Origin: Candidatus Latescibacterota bacterium
GTDB taxonomy: Bacteria > Latescibacterota > UBA2968 > UBA8231
DNA: 64,000 bases
Direction of reading: 5' to 3'
Assembly: GCA_963422735.1 (NCBI GenBank)
Contig: OY730476.1
Location: 2,080,001-2,144,000 of the forward strand
Part shown: one piece after another, positions 9,072 to 20,090 of the stretch
How positions within the stretch are numbered: position 1 is the first letter of the stretch
Layout of the letters: every line of letters begins with the position of its first letter
Notes under the pieces: model-generated
Databases searched by the model: none
The model's input: only the letters and a program-made list of their open reading frames with translations
What the model was told of the DNA's origin: nothing
Position numbers and translations under genes: made by a program

Positions 9072-10313
9072 CTAAGTTCGTCCCGGGAACCGCTCCCGGT
9101 ACTCTCGATCAAATTCTTCGCTGCCATCGTCGAGCCGCACCTCTAGCTGCATCCCCGGTAAGAAGCCCGTCCGCTGGCCAGCGGTGAAATCGCCGCGGTA
9201 ACTGCCGTCAGCGGCCCAGAGAACCCGGCCATCGGGCCAACGTACGGCGTGTATTTGGCGCACTGGCACCTTTGCAAAATCTGGCTCGACGCGCAGCCGC
9301 TCCACGGCCTCCCGATCCAACTCGACTCCCAAGCCTATAGCCTCCGGCACTCGCAGATGCCCACCTTCCACGACAAATTCCTGCACCAAAACATGCGAAT
9401 AGATGTTGACACAGGGAATCGCCGGCCAGCGCGCTTCCTTTAGCACCGCCCCCAAGTGCGCCGCAAAGGTCGCCGTCAGGCCAGTGCCCACCATCTGCAA
9501 CCAGAACGGCATATGCGCTCGCTCGGCTAAGTTGCCGTCGCTCAAGACGCGGCTTACCCCACCGCCGATGACGAACCCGTCGCACACGCCCTCGCGGATC
9601 GCCGTCATGGGCGGCGGCTGGCCTATATGCATGGCGATTGGGCATTGGATCTTGCGCCGCAGGAGCTTGTTGCCCTCCACGTCGTCCTGCGGAATCGGCG
9701 ACTCGACTATGGCGAGACAGGCATTGTCTCGCTCCAAGCGCACAATGAGCGGGGCGGCTTGGTCAACTCCCAGCAACATGGTGTTGAAGTCGGCGTCCAG
9801 TTTGAAGTGCTGAGAAGTGGCCTCATCCACGGCTTGTAACTGCGCCGCAATATCGTACCAAGGCCGCGCCTTGACCTTCATGGTGGTAAAGCCATGCGCC
9901 TCGGCCGCACGCGCCTCGGCCGCCCACGCTGCGGGCGGCATGCTTTGCGCCCACCAAGAGACTGGACAGGCGTCTCGGTGCTGCGGCCCCATCAGCCGGT
10001 GGCAGGGTACGCCTACGTGCTTGCCGGCCGCGTCGAAAAGCGCCATCTGCAAGCCGGCCCCTAGCGAATCGTCCCACAGCACCTCGAAAACATTCCGGCC
10101 TCGCACGCGGGCAAACTCCGCTTCGCGCGAGTGGCCCCACGTATATCCCTGAATCGTCTCGCCGATGCCGACAACGCCGCCCTCGGTCTCTACTTCGATC
10201 AGCTCGACTATAGACCAACCCGGCCCGTAGATTTCCATGGTGTCGACGCAGCGCTCGTGGAAAGGCACGTGTAGCACGGTGCTCACGATATCTTTAACAG
10301 CACAAGAACTCAT
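9072..10313 (-). CDS. Enolase superfamily (mandelate racemase/MLE) protein
   Basis: EVETEGGVVGIGE, ALFDAAGK, KVK, DADFN, ESP, GLGVELD. Confidence 0.85.
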   Translation of the reverse strand: MSSCAVKDIVSTVLHVPFHERCVDTMEIYGPGWSIVELIEVETEGGVVGIGETIQGYTWGHSREAEFARVRGRNVFEVLWDDSLGAGLQMALFDAAGKHVGVPCHRLMGPQHRDACPVSWWAQSMPPAAWAAEARAAEAHGFTTMKVKARPWYDIAAQLQAVDEATSQHFKLDADFNTMLLGVDQAAPLIVRLERDNACLAIVESPIPQDDVEGNKLLRRKIQCPIAMHIGQPPPMTAIREGVCDGFVIGGGVSRVLSDGNLAERAHMPFWLQMVGTGLTATFAAHLGAVLKEARWPAIPCVNIYSHVLVQEFVVEGGHLRVPEAIGLGVELDREAVERLRVEPDFAKVPVRQIHAVRWPDGRVLWAADGSYRGDFTAGQRTGFLPGMQLEVRLDDGSEEFDREYRERFPGRT

Positions 10314-10331
10314 CGCATCCTCTCACAGGAT

Positions 10332-13007
10332 CTACTCGGCCATCCGCCTGAGTACCGCATGCAGGATCCCCCCGTTGCGGTAGTAGTTGATTTCCACCGG
10401 GGTGTCCATCCGGCATACTACCGCAAAGCGTTTCTCGTCCGCAGCGCTCTTGGCCACCACCTCCAGCACCTGCCCCGGCTGTAGGTCGTCGTCGAGGCCC
10501 TCGACATCGTATATCTCCTCGCCGGTCAGCCCCAGCCCGTGGCGGTCTTCGCCTGAAGAAAATTGCAGCGGCAAAATGCCCATCCCAATCAGGTTCGAGC
10601 GGTGGATGCGCTCGTAGCTCTCGGCGATTGCGGCCTTGACGCCTTGCAGGAATGGGCCTTTGGCTGCCCAGTCGCGGCTCGAACCCGATCCGTACTCCTT
10701 GCCCGCGATAATTAGCGAAGGCACACCTTCTTCTATGTAGCGCATCGCCGCATCGTATATGGTCATCTGCTCGCCCGAAGGCAGATGGCGCGTATAGCCC
10801 CCCTCGACGCCGGACACCAGCTCGTTGCGGATGCGGATATTGGCAAACGTCCCCCGCATCATCACCTCGTGGTTGCCGCGCCTAGAGCCATAGCTGTTCC
10901 AATCCTTGCGCTCAACGCCGCGGCTGGCGAGATACTCGCCCCCCGGGCTGCCTACGGCGATTGCGCCAGCCGGCGAGATGTGGTCGGTCGTCACGCTGTC
11001 GCCGAGCTTGGCCAAGACGCGTGCGCCTTGAATCGGCTGGATCGGCTGGATCTCCTTGGTGAGGCCGTCGAAGAAATTCGGTTTGCGAATATACGTGCTC
11101 TCCTCAGCCCAAGCGTAGCGCGTGCCCGCGGGCACGGGAATGGCGTTCCAAGTCTCGTTTTGACGGAACGCATTGCCGTATTCTTCCTCGAACATCTTCG
11201 GCGTCAGCGAGCGGGCAATCGCGTCGCGGATCTGCTCCTGCGAGGGCCAGATGTCGCGCAGGAACACCTCGCGGCCCGCTGGGTCTTGGCCAAGCGGCTC
11301 GCGCTCAAAGTCGATCGTCGCCCGGCCCGCGAGTGCGTAGGCCACGACTAAAGGCGGCGAGGCGAGGAAATTGGCCTTCGTCACCGCGTGTACCCGTCCC
11401 TCGAAATTGCGGTTGCCGCTGAGCACGCTACACACCACCAAGTCGTTGTCGGCCACGGCTGTGGAGATTTCTTCGGGCAGGGGACCCGAGTTGCCGATGC
11501 AGGTCGTACAACCGTAGCCGACCGTGTGGAAGCCGAGGGCCTCTAGGCTCTCGGTGAGGTCGGCCGCGTCTAGGTAGCGGGAGACGACCCGGCTGCCCGG
11601 TGCCAAGCTGGTCTTGACGTAGGCTGGGACCGAGAGACCCCGCTCGGCCGCGTTGCGTGCCAACAGTCCCGCCCCTACCATCGCGCTCGGGTTGCTGGTA
11701 TTCGTGCAGGAGGTAATGGCGGCGATAAGCACGGCGCCGTGGTCCAGCTCAACCGCACCCTGCTCGCCCAATTCGACGGCGACCTTTTTGCCGCGGTCCT
11801 CCACCTCAAAGCGGTCTGTCAGCGAGGTGGCGAAGGCGGCCGGCACATCCTTGAGCGCGACCCGATCCTGCGGCCGCGTCGGGCCGGCCACGCTCGGCTC
11901 GACCGTACCCATATCCAACGCCAAATGCTCGCTGAAGACGGGATCAGGGGCTTCGGCATGATAGAGCATGCCCTGCGCTTCCATGTAGGCGCGGACCCGC
12001 TCGACTACCGCCTTCTTGCGTCCGGTGAGCACCAAGTACGCAAGCGTCTCCTCGTCAATCGGAAAAATGCCCATCGTCGCTCCGTATTCCGGGGCCATAT
12101 TGGCGAGGGTCGCCCGGTCGGCCAAGCTCAGCTCGCTCACGCCCGGGCCGTAAAATTCGACGAATTTGCCAACTACGCCGTGAGCGCGGAGCATCTGCAC
12201 CACTGTCAGCACCAAGTCCGTAGCCGTCGTCCCGGTGGGCAATGCGCCCGTCAGTTTGACGCCGACCACTTGCGGCAAAAGCATGTAGATCGGCTGTCCC
12301 AACATCACGGCCTCGGCCTCGATGCCGCCCACGCCCCAGCCGAGGACGCCGAGGCCGTTGATCATCGTCGTGTGGCTGTCCGTGCCCACTAGGCTGTCGG
12401 GATAGAATTCTCCGTCCTGCTCCTGCACCACCTGCGCTAGGTATTCTAAGTTGACCTGATGCACGATGCCGGTGGCCGGCGGCACCACGCGAAAATTGTC
12501 GAAGGACTCCTGACCCCAGCGCAAAAACTCGTAGCGCTCGCGGTTGCGCTCGAATTCGCGCGCGGCGTTCATGGCCAGAGCCTCGCGTATGCCGTAGTAA
12601 TCGACCTGTACCGAATGATCGATGACCAAGTCAACCGGAATCAGGGGATTCACCTTCTCTGGGTCGCCGCCCAAATCGGCCACCGTGTCGCGCATCACGG
12701 CCAGATCGACTACGGCGGGTACGCCGGTAAAATCCTGCATCACCACCCGCGCCGGCTTGAAGGGAATCTCTTCCTTGCCCGCGGTCTCGGGACTCCAGCG
12801 CGCGATGCGCTCGACGTCTTCGCGGGTAATCTCAAACCCGTCGCACTGCCTGAGCGCAGCCTCTAGCAGAATTTTGATCGAATAGGGCAACCGGCTCACC
12901 TCGGCTATGCCGTTTTCTTCTAGCTTTTGAATGCGGTACAGGACGCCGTTACCACCGCTGCATTCGAGCCGGGTGCGCACACCGAATTCGTCGTTGTTTG
13001 TAGTCAT
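10332..13007 (-). CDS. acnA: Aconitate hydratase AcnA
   Basis: [61 protein letters not shown]; start MTTNNDEFG. Confidence 0.97.
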   Translation of the reverse strand: MTTNNDEFGVRTRLECSGGNGVLYRIQKLEENGIAEVSRLPYSIKILLEAALRQCDGFEITREDVERIARWSPETAGKEEIPFKPARVVMQDFTGVPAVVDLAVMRDTVADLGGDPEKVNPLIPVDLVIDHSVQVDYYGIREALAMNAAREFERNRERYEFLRWGQESFDNFRVVPPATGIVHQVNLEYLAQVVQEQDGEFYPDSLVGTDSHTTMINGLGVLGWGVGGIEAEAVMLGQPIYMLLPQVVGVKLTGALPTGTTATDLVLTVVQMLRAHGVVGKFVEFYGPGVSELSLADRATLANMAPEYGATMGIFPIDEETLAYLVLTGRKKAVVERVRAYMEAQGMLYHAEAPDPVFSEHLALDMGTVEPSVAGPTRPQDRVALKDVPAAFATSLTDRFEVEDRGKKVAVELGEQGAVELDHGAVLIAAITSCTNTSNPSAMVGAGLLARNAAERGLSVPAYVKTSLAPGSRVVSRYLDAADLTESLEALGFHTVGYGCTTCIGNSGPLPEEISTAVADNDLVVCSVLSGNRNFEGRVHAVTKANFLASPPLVVAYALAGRATIDFEREPLGQDPAGREVFLRDIWPSQEQIRDAIARSLTPKMFEEEYGNAFRQNETWNAIPVPAGTRYAWAEESTYIRKPNFFDGLTKEIQPIQPIQGARVLAKLGDSVTTDHISPAGAIAVGSPGGEYLASRGVERKDWNSYGSRRGNHEVMMRGTFANIRIRNELVSGVEGGYTRHLPSGEQMTIYDAAMRYIEEGVPSLIIAGKEYGSGSSRDWAAKGPFLQGVKAAIAESYERIHRSNLIGMGILPLQFSSGEDRHGLGLTGEEIYDVEGLDDDLQPGQVLEVVAKSAADEKRFAVVCRMDTPVEINYYRNGGILHAVLRRMAE

Positions 13008-13096
13008 GGAAGCCTTTCGGGGGTGGGGATGTTTTAGAAGTTTGACTTTAATATATTCAAGACCAACCACACCTTCCACCTCCCGCCTAGGCTGCC

Positions 13097-14902
13097 ATGC
13101 ACAACCTGCGCCAATTCCTCGACCTTCTGCGCCGCGAAGGCGAGCTTGTCACCGTTGACGCTCCGGTCTCCTCTGAGCTCGAAATCGCCGAGATTCATCG
13201 CCGCGTCCTTGCCGCCGCTGGTCCGGCCCTGTTCTTTACCCGCGTCGAGGATGCGGACTTTCCTTGCGTCACCAATCTTTTTGGCACCGCACGGCGCGTC
13301 GATCTGGCCTTTGGCCCGAGGCCGGAGCAGTTTATTCAGCAGCTAGTGCAACTAGCCCAAGACCTGCCCTCGCTCTCACCGGGCAAGCTCTGGCCGCACA
13401 AAAACCTGATCCCCGCCGCGCTCAAGGTCGGGCTAAAGACTATCGGCAAAGGCCCCATCGGCGAATGCGTGCAGTCGCCGCCCGACCTTGCGCGCCTGCC
13501 CCTGCTCAAAACTTGGCCCGAGGACGGTGGACACTTCATCACCCTGCCGCTAGTCTATACCGAACACCCCGATACCGGCCACCACAACCTCGGCATGTAT
13601 CGCATCCAGCGCCACGACTCCCAGACCTTAGGCGTACACTGGCAAATCCAGAAAGGCGGCGGCTTCCACTACCACGTCGCCGAACAGCGGGGCGAAGACC
13701 TGCCACTGGTCGTATTTGTCGGCGGACCGCCGGCACTGATCTTAGCGGCAATCGCGCCTTTGCCCGAGGATTTGCCCGAACTGATTTTGGCCTCTCTGTT
13801 GCAGGGCGAGCGCCTGCGCCGCGTACAAAACCCCACGCTGCCCCTGATCGCCGAAGCCGAATTCGCTATTGAAGGCGTGGTGCCACCCCACGTGCGCCAG
13901 CCCGAAGGGCCTTTCGGCGATCACTACGGCTATTACTCGCTGCAGCACGCCTACCCAGTGCTCCAAGCCAAGCACCTCTACCACCGCAAAGACGCCATCT
14001 TCCCGGCCACCGTAGTCGGCAAGCCGCCGCAGGAGGACCTGTTCCTCGGCACCTACATCCAGCAGCTAATGACGCCCTTGAGCAAGCTGGTAATGCCCGC
14101 GATCAAGGCCATGTGGAGCTACGGCGAGACCGGCTATCACTCGCTGGCAGCCATCGTCGTCGAGGAGCGCTACCCACGCGAGGCCATGAAATTTGCCTTC
14201 CGCATCTTGGGCGAGGACGGCGGCCAGCTCAACCTCACCAAGTTTTTGGTCGTAATAGATAGCCCCTTGGACTTGGGCGACTTCCGGCAGGTGCTCGCGT
14301 ATGCCCTAGCGCGGGCGCGGCTCGCAACCGACCTGTTCGTCATCGCCAATCTCGCCATGGATACCCTCGACTACACGGGACCGGCCGTAAACCAAGGCAG
14401 CAAAGGGATCCTCCTAGGCGTGGGCGATCCAGTCGGCGAATTGCCCGGGGAATTCAGCGGCGATCTGCCCGGCGGGGCCCGCGCCCTTGCGGTCTATTGC
14501 CCCGGTGCCCTCGCGGTCCAAGGCCCGACGTACGAGGAAGATCCCGGCTACGCCCAACACCTCGCCAAGGATCGGGCCGTCGCAGCTTGGCCGCTGATAT
14601 TTTTGGTTGACGACGCCGATGCGGCTGCCAAGAACATCACCTTTCTCTGGAGCACCTTCACCCGCTTTGAGCCGGCTGCCGACACGTATGCCGCCGCCAT
14701 CGAACTCCGTCGCCACCACCCCTGCTATACGCCGCCGATCGTCTTGGATTGCCGCATGAAACCCGGGTATCCAGACGAGCTGATAACGGACGAAGAAACG
14801 GCGCGAAAGGTCAGCCGGCGCTGGCGGGAGTACTTTCCCCAAGGCGGCGTAGAAGGCGCAGAAGACCGCCTTGGCTACGCCGGATTTTCCCTGTTGGATT
14901 AA
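13097..14902 (+). CDS. UbiD family (prFMN-dependent) decarboxylase, menaquinone-pathway-like
   Basis: [30 protein letters not shown]; about 600 aa long form. Confidence 0.9.
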   Translation: MHNLRQFLDLLRREGELVTVDAPVSSELEIAEIHRRVLAAAGPALFFTRVEDADFPCVTNLFGTARRVDLAFGPRPEQFIQQLVQLAQDLPSLSPGKLWPHKNLIPAALKVGLKTIGKGPIGECVQSPPDLARLPLLKTWPEDGGHFITLPLVYTEHPDTGHHNLGMYRIQRHDSQTLGVHWQIQKGGGFHYHVAEQRGEDLPLVVFVGGPPALILAAIAPLPEDLPELILASLLQGERLRRVQNPTLPLIAEAEFAIEGVVPPHVRQPEGPFGDHYGYYSLQHAYPVLQAKHLYHRKDAIFPATVVGKPPQEDLFLGTYIQQLMTPLSKLVMPAIKAMWSYGETGYHSLAAIVVEERYPREAMKFAFRILGEDGGQLNLTKFLVVIDSPLDLGDFRQVLAYALARARLATDLFVIANLAMDTLDYTGPAVNQGSKGILLGVGDPVGELPGEFSGDLPGGARALAVYCPGALAVQGPTYEEDPGYAQHLAKDRAVAAWPLIFLVDDADAAAKNITFLWSTFTRFEPAADTYAAAIELRRHHPCYTPPIVLDCRMKPGYPDELITDEETARKVSRRWREYFPQGGVEGAEDRLGYAGFSLLD

Positions 14903-14922
14903 TCTTGAGCAGAGGTCGCCTC

Positions 14923-16335
14923 ATGGATGATGCCCTGGCATTTGCCCCCATCGCCGAACTCGCCACTCTGATCCGCCGCGGCGAACTCTCCCCGCTCGAA
15001 CTCACCGAACTCTATCTAGAGCGCATCGAGCACTACAATCCAGCACTCAACGCCTATCTCGCTGTCACGTCCGAGCGGGCGTGCGCCCAAGCCCGCGCTG
15101 CCGAAGCCCAAATCGCGGCTGGTACCTATCTCGGTCCCTTGCACGGTATTCCCCTCGCCTTTAAGGATCTCGTGGATGTCGCGGACCTGCCTACCACCGG
15201 CGGCTCGACGCTATTGCGCGACAACATCGCCACAGCCGACGCCGCGGTTGCCCGCCGCCTCTTTGCCGCGGGCGTCGTGCTCTTGGGTAAGACCCATCTT
15301 GTGGAATTTGCTTTTGGCGGCACCGGCGTCAACCATCACTACGGGACCCCGGTCAACCCTTGGGATCCCAAAGTCCACCGCTTGCCAGGCGGGTCGTCTT
15401 CTGGCTCGGGTGTGGCCGTGGCGGCTGGATTGGCACCGGCCGCCCTCGGCTCGGACACCGGCGGCTCGGTGCGGATTCCCGCATCCTTTTGCGGCCTTAC
15501 CGGCCTCAAGCCCACCTTTGGCTTGCTCCCCAACACCGGCGTCTTGCCCCTCGACCCCACCCTCGACAGCATCGGGCCTTTGTGCCGCACGGCGCAAGAT
15601 TGCGCCCTGTTATTCCAAGCCATGGCGAATCCGGCTCTCTGCGACCTGCCCGGTGATTCGCTTTTGGATCGTTTGGAAGGCGAAGTCGCCGGCCTCCGGC
15701 TCTGCTTTCCACGCGAGTATTTCTGGGCCGAGGTCGATGCGGAGGTTGAAGCGGCGGTGCGCGCCTCGGCGCGTGTTTTTGCCGACCTCGGCGTCTATGT
15801 CGATGAAATATCGCTTGAGGTGCTCGACGATCTAGCCCAATGGCGCAGCGGGCCTAGCACCACGGCCGTCGAAGCCTATCTCTATCACCGGCGCAACCTC
15901 GAAGCGCATCTCGATCAGTTCGACCCCATTGTTTCGGCGCGCATGCTCGACGGCCGCGACACCCTCGCTGTGGACTTTCTCCGGCAGCTTAGAGCACGCG
16001 ACGAGCTGCGCTACAAAGCCCGCACGACCCTCGAAAACGTCGATTTTCTCATCACCCCAACCACCCCTTTTGCCGCCCCGATTCTCGACGAGATCGACCG
16101 CGACGATGTCTATTTCTCCATCAATGGCCTCTGCCTGCGCAACACCATCGCCGTCAATCTCCTCGGCCTGTGCGCCGTCTCCCTACCCTGCGGGTTCACG
16201 CACGACGGTTTGCCTATTGGCTTACAGCTCATCGGCCACCCCCGAGACGAGGCGCGGCTGCTGCGTCTCGCCCGCGCCTTTGAGCAAGCCACCGACTACA
16301 ATCTCCTCACGCCCGCGCTCGACGCCTTCGCCTAG
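14923..16335 (+). CDS. Amidase signature family protein
   Basis: GPLHGIPLAFKD, GGSSSGSG, GSDTGGSVRIPASFCG, GLPIGLQL. Confidence 0.92.
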   Translation: MDDALAFAPIAELATLIRRGELSPLELTELYLERIEHYNPALNAYLAVTSERACAQARAAEAQIAAGTYLGPLHGIPLAFKDLVDVADLPTTGGSTLLRDNIATADAAVARRLFAAGVVLLGKTHLVEFAFGGTGVNHHYGTPVNPWDPKVHRLPGGSSSGSGVAVAAGLAPAALGSDTGGSVRIPASFCGLTGLKPTFGLLPNTGVLPLDPTLDSIGPLCRTAQDCALLFQAMANPALCDLPGDSLLDRLEGEVAGLRLCFPREYFWAEVDAEVEAAVRASARVFADLGVYVDEISLEVLDDLAQWRSGPSTTAVEAYLYHRRNLEAHLDQFDPIVSARMLDGRDTLAVDFLRQLRARDELRYKARTTLENVDFLITPTTPFAAPILDEIDRDDVYFSINGLCLRNTIAVNLLGLCAVSLPCGFTHDGLPIGLQLIGHPRDEARLLRLARAFEQATDYNLLTPALDAFA

Positions 16336-16354
16336 CAAGGTGCGGCCGGATGGC

Positions 16355-16383
16355 TTGCCAATATGCGGGGCTAGGTCTATATT
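16355..16383 (+). promoter_or_regulatory. Sigma70 promoter of tRNA-Glu
   Basis: TTGCCA-17 bp-TATATT ending 13 bp before the tRNA. Confidence 0.7.
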
Positions 16384-16396
16384 TTTTGCCCTACGT

Positions 16397-16471
16397 GCTC
16401 CCATCGTCTAGCGGTTAGGACCCAGGGTTTTCAACCCTGTAACCGGAGTTCGAGTCTCCGTGGGAGCACCA
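16397..16471 (+). tRNA. tRNA-Glu (anticodon UUC)
   Basis: Acceptor GCTCCCA/TGGGAGC plus A-CCA; D-arm GTCTAGCGGTTAGGAC; anticodon arm CAGGG-TTTTCAA-CCCTG; T-loop GTTCGAG. Confidence 0.97.
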
Positions 16472-16497
16472 TTTTTATGTACGCTGAGGAGGCACTT

Positions 16498-17367
16498 ATG
16501 TTCGACATTGGCATCTTCGCCCCCTTTGGGACCAACCACGATCGCAACATCGCCTATTGCCGCGACGCCGGTGCCACCCACATCGTCTTGAGCACCGGCC
16601 AAATCTCTTCAGACGACGCGCCCGCGGCCGACGCACTCAAGGCACTAACTGACCAATACAATACTGCCGAAGTTGTACTGGCCGGGCTGACCCCGCCTCG
16701 CCTCAGCCTCGACGCCTGCGTTGACAATGCGGCCCGTACGCGTGAAGTGGGGTACATGCGCCGCCTGATCGAAAACATGGGGTACGCCCAGATACCTTTC
16801 GTGCATTTCTATCTCAGTGCCGACGCGGCCCCCACTGACCCGGACCAGCGGCAGAAGCACTGGCAGGGCTTGGTGGAGATCTTTCAAGAGCTAGGCCAAA
16901 TCGGCAAAGATGCCGGCGTGCGGATTTCCACCCACACGTTTCACGTGTCCGACCGCCTGATCTGGAACAGAGAAACCTTTGCGAACCTAATGGCCGCAAC
17001 CGACTCGCCGGCCCACGGCCTGACCTTTTGCCAAGGCAAGTCGCAAATGGCCGGCGACAGCCTGCCCGACACCATCCGTCACTTCGGCGAAAAGGTTTTT
17101 ATGGTCCACGTGCGCGACATCGCCACCAAGCCCGAGGGGCCAACTACCCCGGAAATCGAGCGACGGCTGGCGGACTTAGGCTACCTCGAAGTGCCCTTCG
17201 GCCAAGGGGAAGTCGATATGGTCGGCACCATCCGCGCCCTCAAAGAGATCGACTACAAGGGCCAGATTTATCCCGAGCACTTCCCGGCCATCGCCGGCGA
17301 CCACACCGCCGGGCTAGCTTGGACTATTGGCTACATCCGCGCCTTAGACCAAGCGATGGTCCTCTGA
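16498..17367 (+). CDS. UxuA-like / sugar phosphate isomerase-epimerase TIM-barrel protein
   Basis: GAGGAGG RBS; GLTFCQG, VHVRD, GEVDM, YPEH, WTIGYIRAL motifs resemble mannonate dehydratase. Confidence 0.8.
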   Translation: MFDIGIFAPFGTNHDRNIAYCRDAGATHIVLSTGQISSDDAPAADALKALTDQYNTAEVVLAGLTPPRLSLDACVDNAARTREVGYMRRLIENMGYAQIPFVHFYLSADAAPTDPDQRQKHWQGLVEIFQELGQIGKDAGVRISTHTFHVSDRLIWNRETFANLMAATDSPAHGLTFCQGKSQMAGDSLPDTIRHFGEKVFMVHVRDIATKPEGPTTPEIERRLADLGYLEVPFGQGEVDMVGTIRALKEIDYKGQIYPEHFPAIAGDHTAGLAWTIGYIRALDQAMVL

Positions 17368-17617
17368 GGGTGCCTCGGCCTCTGCGCCTCTTTCCAAAAT
17401 CTCCCGCAGAGTCTTTTCGCGCTGGCGGATCTCGGCCTTAAGCCCTTCTATCCGCAGCTTGAAGTCGCCCAGATCGCCGGCGAAGCCCACCACCTCGCCC
17501 GCGCGCACTCGTTACTTTTGCGGCCCTCCCGGAACGGCTGGGGAGCTCGTGCTAAATACTGTGAATCGGTCGCAGCGTTTCTTACGAGCCATATCCCCAT
17601 AGAAAGGATCAATACGA

Positions 17618-18234
17618 ATGAGTACGCGAGTCTTGCTGGTGGACAATCACGAAATTATGCGCCAAGGGGTGCGCTCGCTGTTGGAGAAAGAAAGTGCTGT
17701 TGAGGTGATCGCCGAGGCCGGGGACGGCCGCACAGCCGTCACCTTGGTTTCCAAGCACCTACCCCATATTTATATTGTGGTAATGGAGACGGACCTACCC
17801 AACTTGAATGGCGTTGAGGCGACGCGGCAGATACGGGATAAGGAGCCGAGCGTGAAGGTGGTGGCGCTGTCGGCACGTGCGGACAAATGCTTTGTGGCCG
17901 CCATGTTTCAGGCCGGTGCTTCGGCCTATGTACTGAAAAAGGAGGCTGTTTGCGAACTGGTGGAAGCACTCCGGGAGGTACGATCCGGCCGCAAGTATGT
18001 GTGCCCGAAATTGATCGACCCCCTCATCGCCGATTACGCGCAATACCTCGCCGATGGTGGTAAGCCGCCCCTCCTGACACCCCGCGAGCGAGAGGTGCTA
18101 CAGCTTATCGCCGAGGGAGAAAGGCCCCGCGAATAGCCGATCAGCTCACGGTAAGCGAGAAAACCGTGGGTAACCATCGCCAGAATCTCATGAAGAAGCT
18201 CAGATTGCGGTTTGGATCTCGCGAGTATCTGTAA
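17618..18234 (+). pseudogene. NarL/FixJ-family response regulator, frameshifted in the LuxR HTH
   Basis: Receiver domain plus LTPREREVLQLIAEG; stop at 18136; continues in another frame as IADQLTVSEKTVGNHRQNLMKKL; phospho-acceptor Asp replaced (VVMETDLP). Confidence 0.8.
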
Positions 18235-18236
18235 CG

Positions 18237-19505
18237 TTGAGAAAGAATCGGTTTATGATCTCCAGTACTTTCACCTTAAATAACGCCTTACTGTTCTTCA
18301 AGATCATACTCGTTGTGTGGGTGACAGGCTATGGCGAGGTCAAGTCTGTTGCGGCGCAAGAGCAGCTAGACGAGTCGAGCATTCCCCAAGTGCCTGTAGA
18401 ATATGCCGGAGAGATGGGCCTTGAACTCAAGCGCACAGTCGAATTAGTCTTTGATGAGGCAGCTCCGGGCATTGGTCGGATAGGCTGGATGGGCATTACC
18501 CCTGATAGTTCCTTGCTCCTTACCGATCGAATCTCTCGCAGGGCGCACGAGTTCAGCCTGAATGATGGCCGGTATATTAGATCTTTCGGACGCACGGGGA
18601 AGGGGCCTGGGGAGTACGGGGGTGCTGAGGTGATGGCCATGGATTCCAAAGGGGATGTCTATATCATGGATCCTATATACGGCCAATTGTTGCATTACAA
18701 TCGACAAGGTCAGTATCTTGACGAGAAGATGAGCTGGATCGGATGTAGCGGCTTGTTGATTGACCGAGATGATGCACTGATCGTTATGGAGAGTAAACAT
18801 GGTGGATCTATTATGCAGATACAGAATATTACTGGCCTCAATAGGGCAGTAGAACACACCATACCTCTTTCTAGCAAGGCAGATCAGATCATTTCATGCC
18901 GTCTGCGTAACCCGGCTCAATTATGCTATAATCCTACGCAAAATCGTCTGTATTACTTGGAGGCCAATGACTACATGGTGAAAGAGATTGATGCCTCCAC
19001 CGGTGATATCCTGCGGCAATTCGGGGCTCTTGTGCCTAGTTATAACGTCTTCACCCTTGAGAAGCAGGAGCCACCAGATTTCAAATTCTTACCGAGGGAG
19101 TATCACGGCCTAGATTGTGGAGCAATAGGTCGGGACGATTTCTTCCCAATAATGAGAGGGATAAATCGAGCGACTAGCATGGTCCTGATAGAGGATCGTT
19201 ACCTGTTAATCTCACACAATTCTCCTGAGAGATCATGGTCACCAAATGAATGGACGCTTTATGATTTGCTGCCTTCGGCTTCGTCGGAATTGATTGAGGC
19301 ATATTCGCTCAACGGTGCTGCCTATCAATCTCTTGATGGTATCAAAAAAAAAGATTCGCAGAGAACTGTAGTTGAAGCAAGCAGGATAGACGGAAGAATA
19401 ACATCTTGGGAGAGCCAAATTTATGTTTATAAGCCGCCATCGATAGAAGCGGCGGCTGAATCTAATGGCACAGTGGATATATATGCGCTGTCCGTTAAAA
19501 GGTAA
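18237..19505 (+). CDS. 6-bladed beta-propeller (NHL/TolB-like) exported protein
   Basis: N-terminal hydrophobic segment; FGRTGKGPGEY motif; visibly lower GC than flanks. Start may be ATG 18255. Confidence 0.75.
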   Translation: MRKNRFMISSTFTLNNALLFFKIILVVWVTGYGEVKSVAAQEQLDESSIPQVPVEYAGEMGLELKRTVELVFDEAAPGIGRIGWMGITPDSSLLLTDRISRRAHEFSLNDGRYIRSFGRTGKGPGEYGGAEVMAMDSKGDVYIMDPIYGQLLHYNRQGQYLDEKMSWIGCSGLLIDRDDALIVMESKHGGSIMQIQNITGLNRAVEHTIPLSSKADQIISCRLRNPAQLCYNPTQNRLYYLEANDYMVKEIDASTGDILRQFGALVPSYNVFTLEKQEPPDFKFLPREYHGLDCGAIGRDDFFPIMRGINRATSMVLIEDRYLLISHNSPERSWSPNEWTLYDLLPSASSELIEAYSLNGAAYQSLDGIKKKDSQRTVVEASRIDGRITSWESQIYVYKPPSIEAAAESNGTVDIYALSVKR

Positions 19506-19549
19506 ATTAACGTGAGTTCGGGTTAAGGGTTCTCTAACTGGAGTGTTTG

Positions 19550-20090
19550 ATCGATTTTCAGTGAAGAGGAAGAACGAGAGCTGGCTCTCATCGTGCTGCT
19601 CTCGGTCGTCTTAGTCTGGATGATCGCGGCGGCGCTCTTTGAGTCTTGGACTTGGCCACTAATGGTGTTGATCGCCCTGCCGTTAGCCCTAATCGGGGTG
19701 GGTGCCGGATTTTACTTGTCGGGCGTTTCTTTCAACCAAGGTGGGTATGCTTCGCTGCTGCTTTTGATGGGTATTTCCGTGAACAACTCCATCTTGCTGG
19801 TACACCATATTTCTAGAGCGTTACGAGCACAGCCGATGTCTGTGCAGGATGCGATCATCCGCGCCGCTTTCCAGCGGTTGCGCCCCATTTTCATTACCAC
19901 CCTGACGACGGTCGCCGGGTTTTTGCCGCTGTTGTTGCAAGGAGACCGGGGCGACATCTGGTACACCTTGGCCTTGGGCACCTCGGGGGGGCTGATATCC
20001 TCGTCGGTGCTGGTCGTGCTGGTCGTGCCGCTATGTCTGATCTGGCGAGGCTCAGCCCGCTCACTCGGGGCAAATGGCGATGCTGTGTAG
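19550..20090 (+). pseudogene. C-terminal fragment of an RND efflux permease (AcrB/CzcA-like)
   Basis: AALFESW..P, GISVNNSILLV, RLRPIFITTLTTVAGFLPL are the last TM segments only; about 850 aa missing. Confidence 0.85.

Noticed and set aside
17370-17510. Short minus-strand coding-like stretch (VRAGEVVGFAGDLGDFKLRIEGLKAEIRQRE)
   Set aside because: No clear start or RBS and too short to assign; treated only as part of the relic mosaic.
18100-18240. Programmed frameshift in the response regulator
   Set aside because: No slippery sequence is evident, and the receiver Asp is lost and the HTH C-terminus truncated, which fits decay.
16397-20090. Prophage or integrative element at tRNA-Glu
   Set aside because: No integrase and no duplicated tRNA 3' end found by eye.
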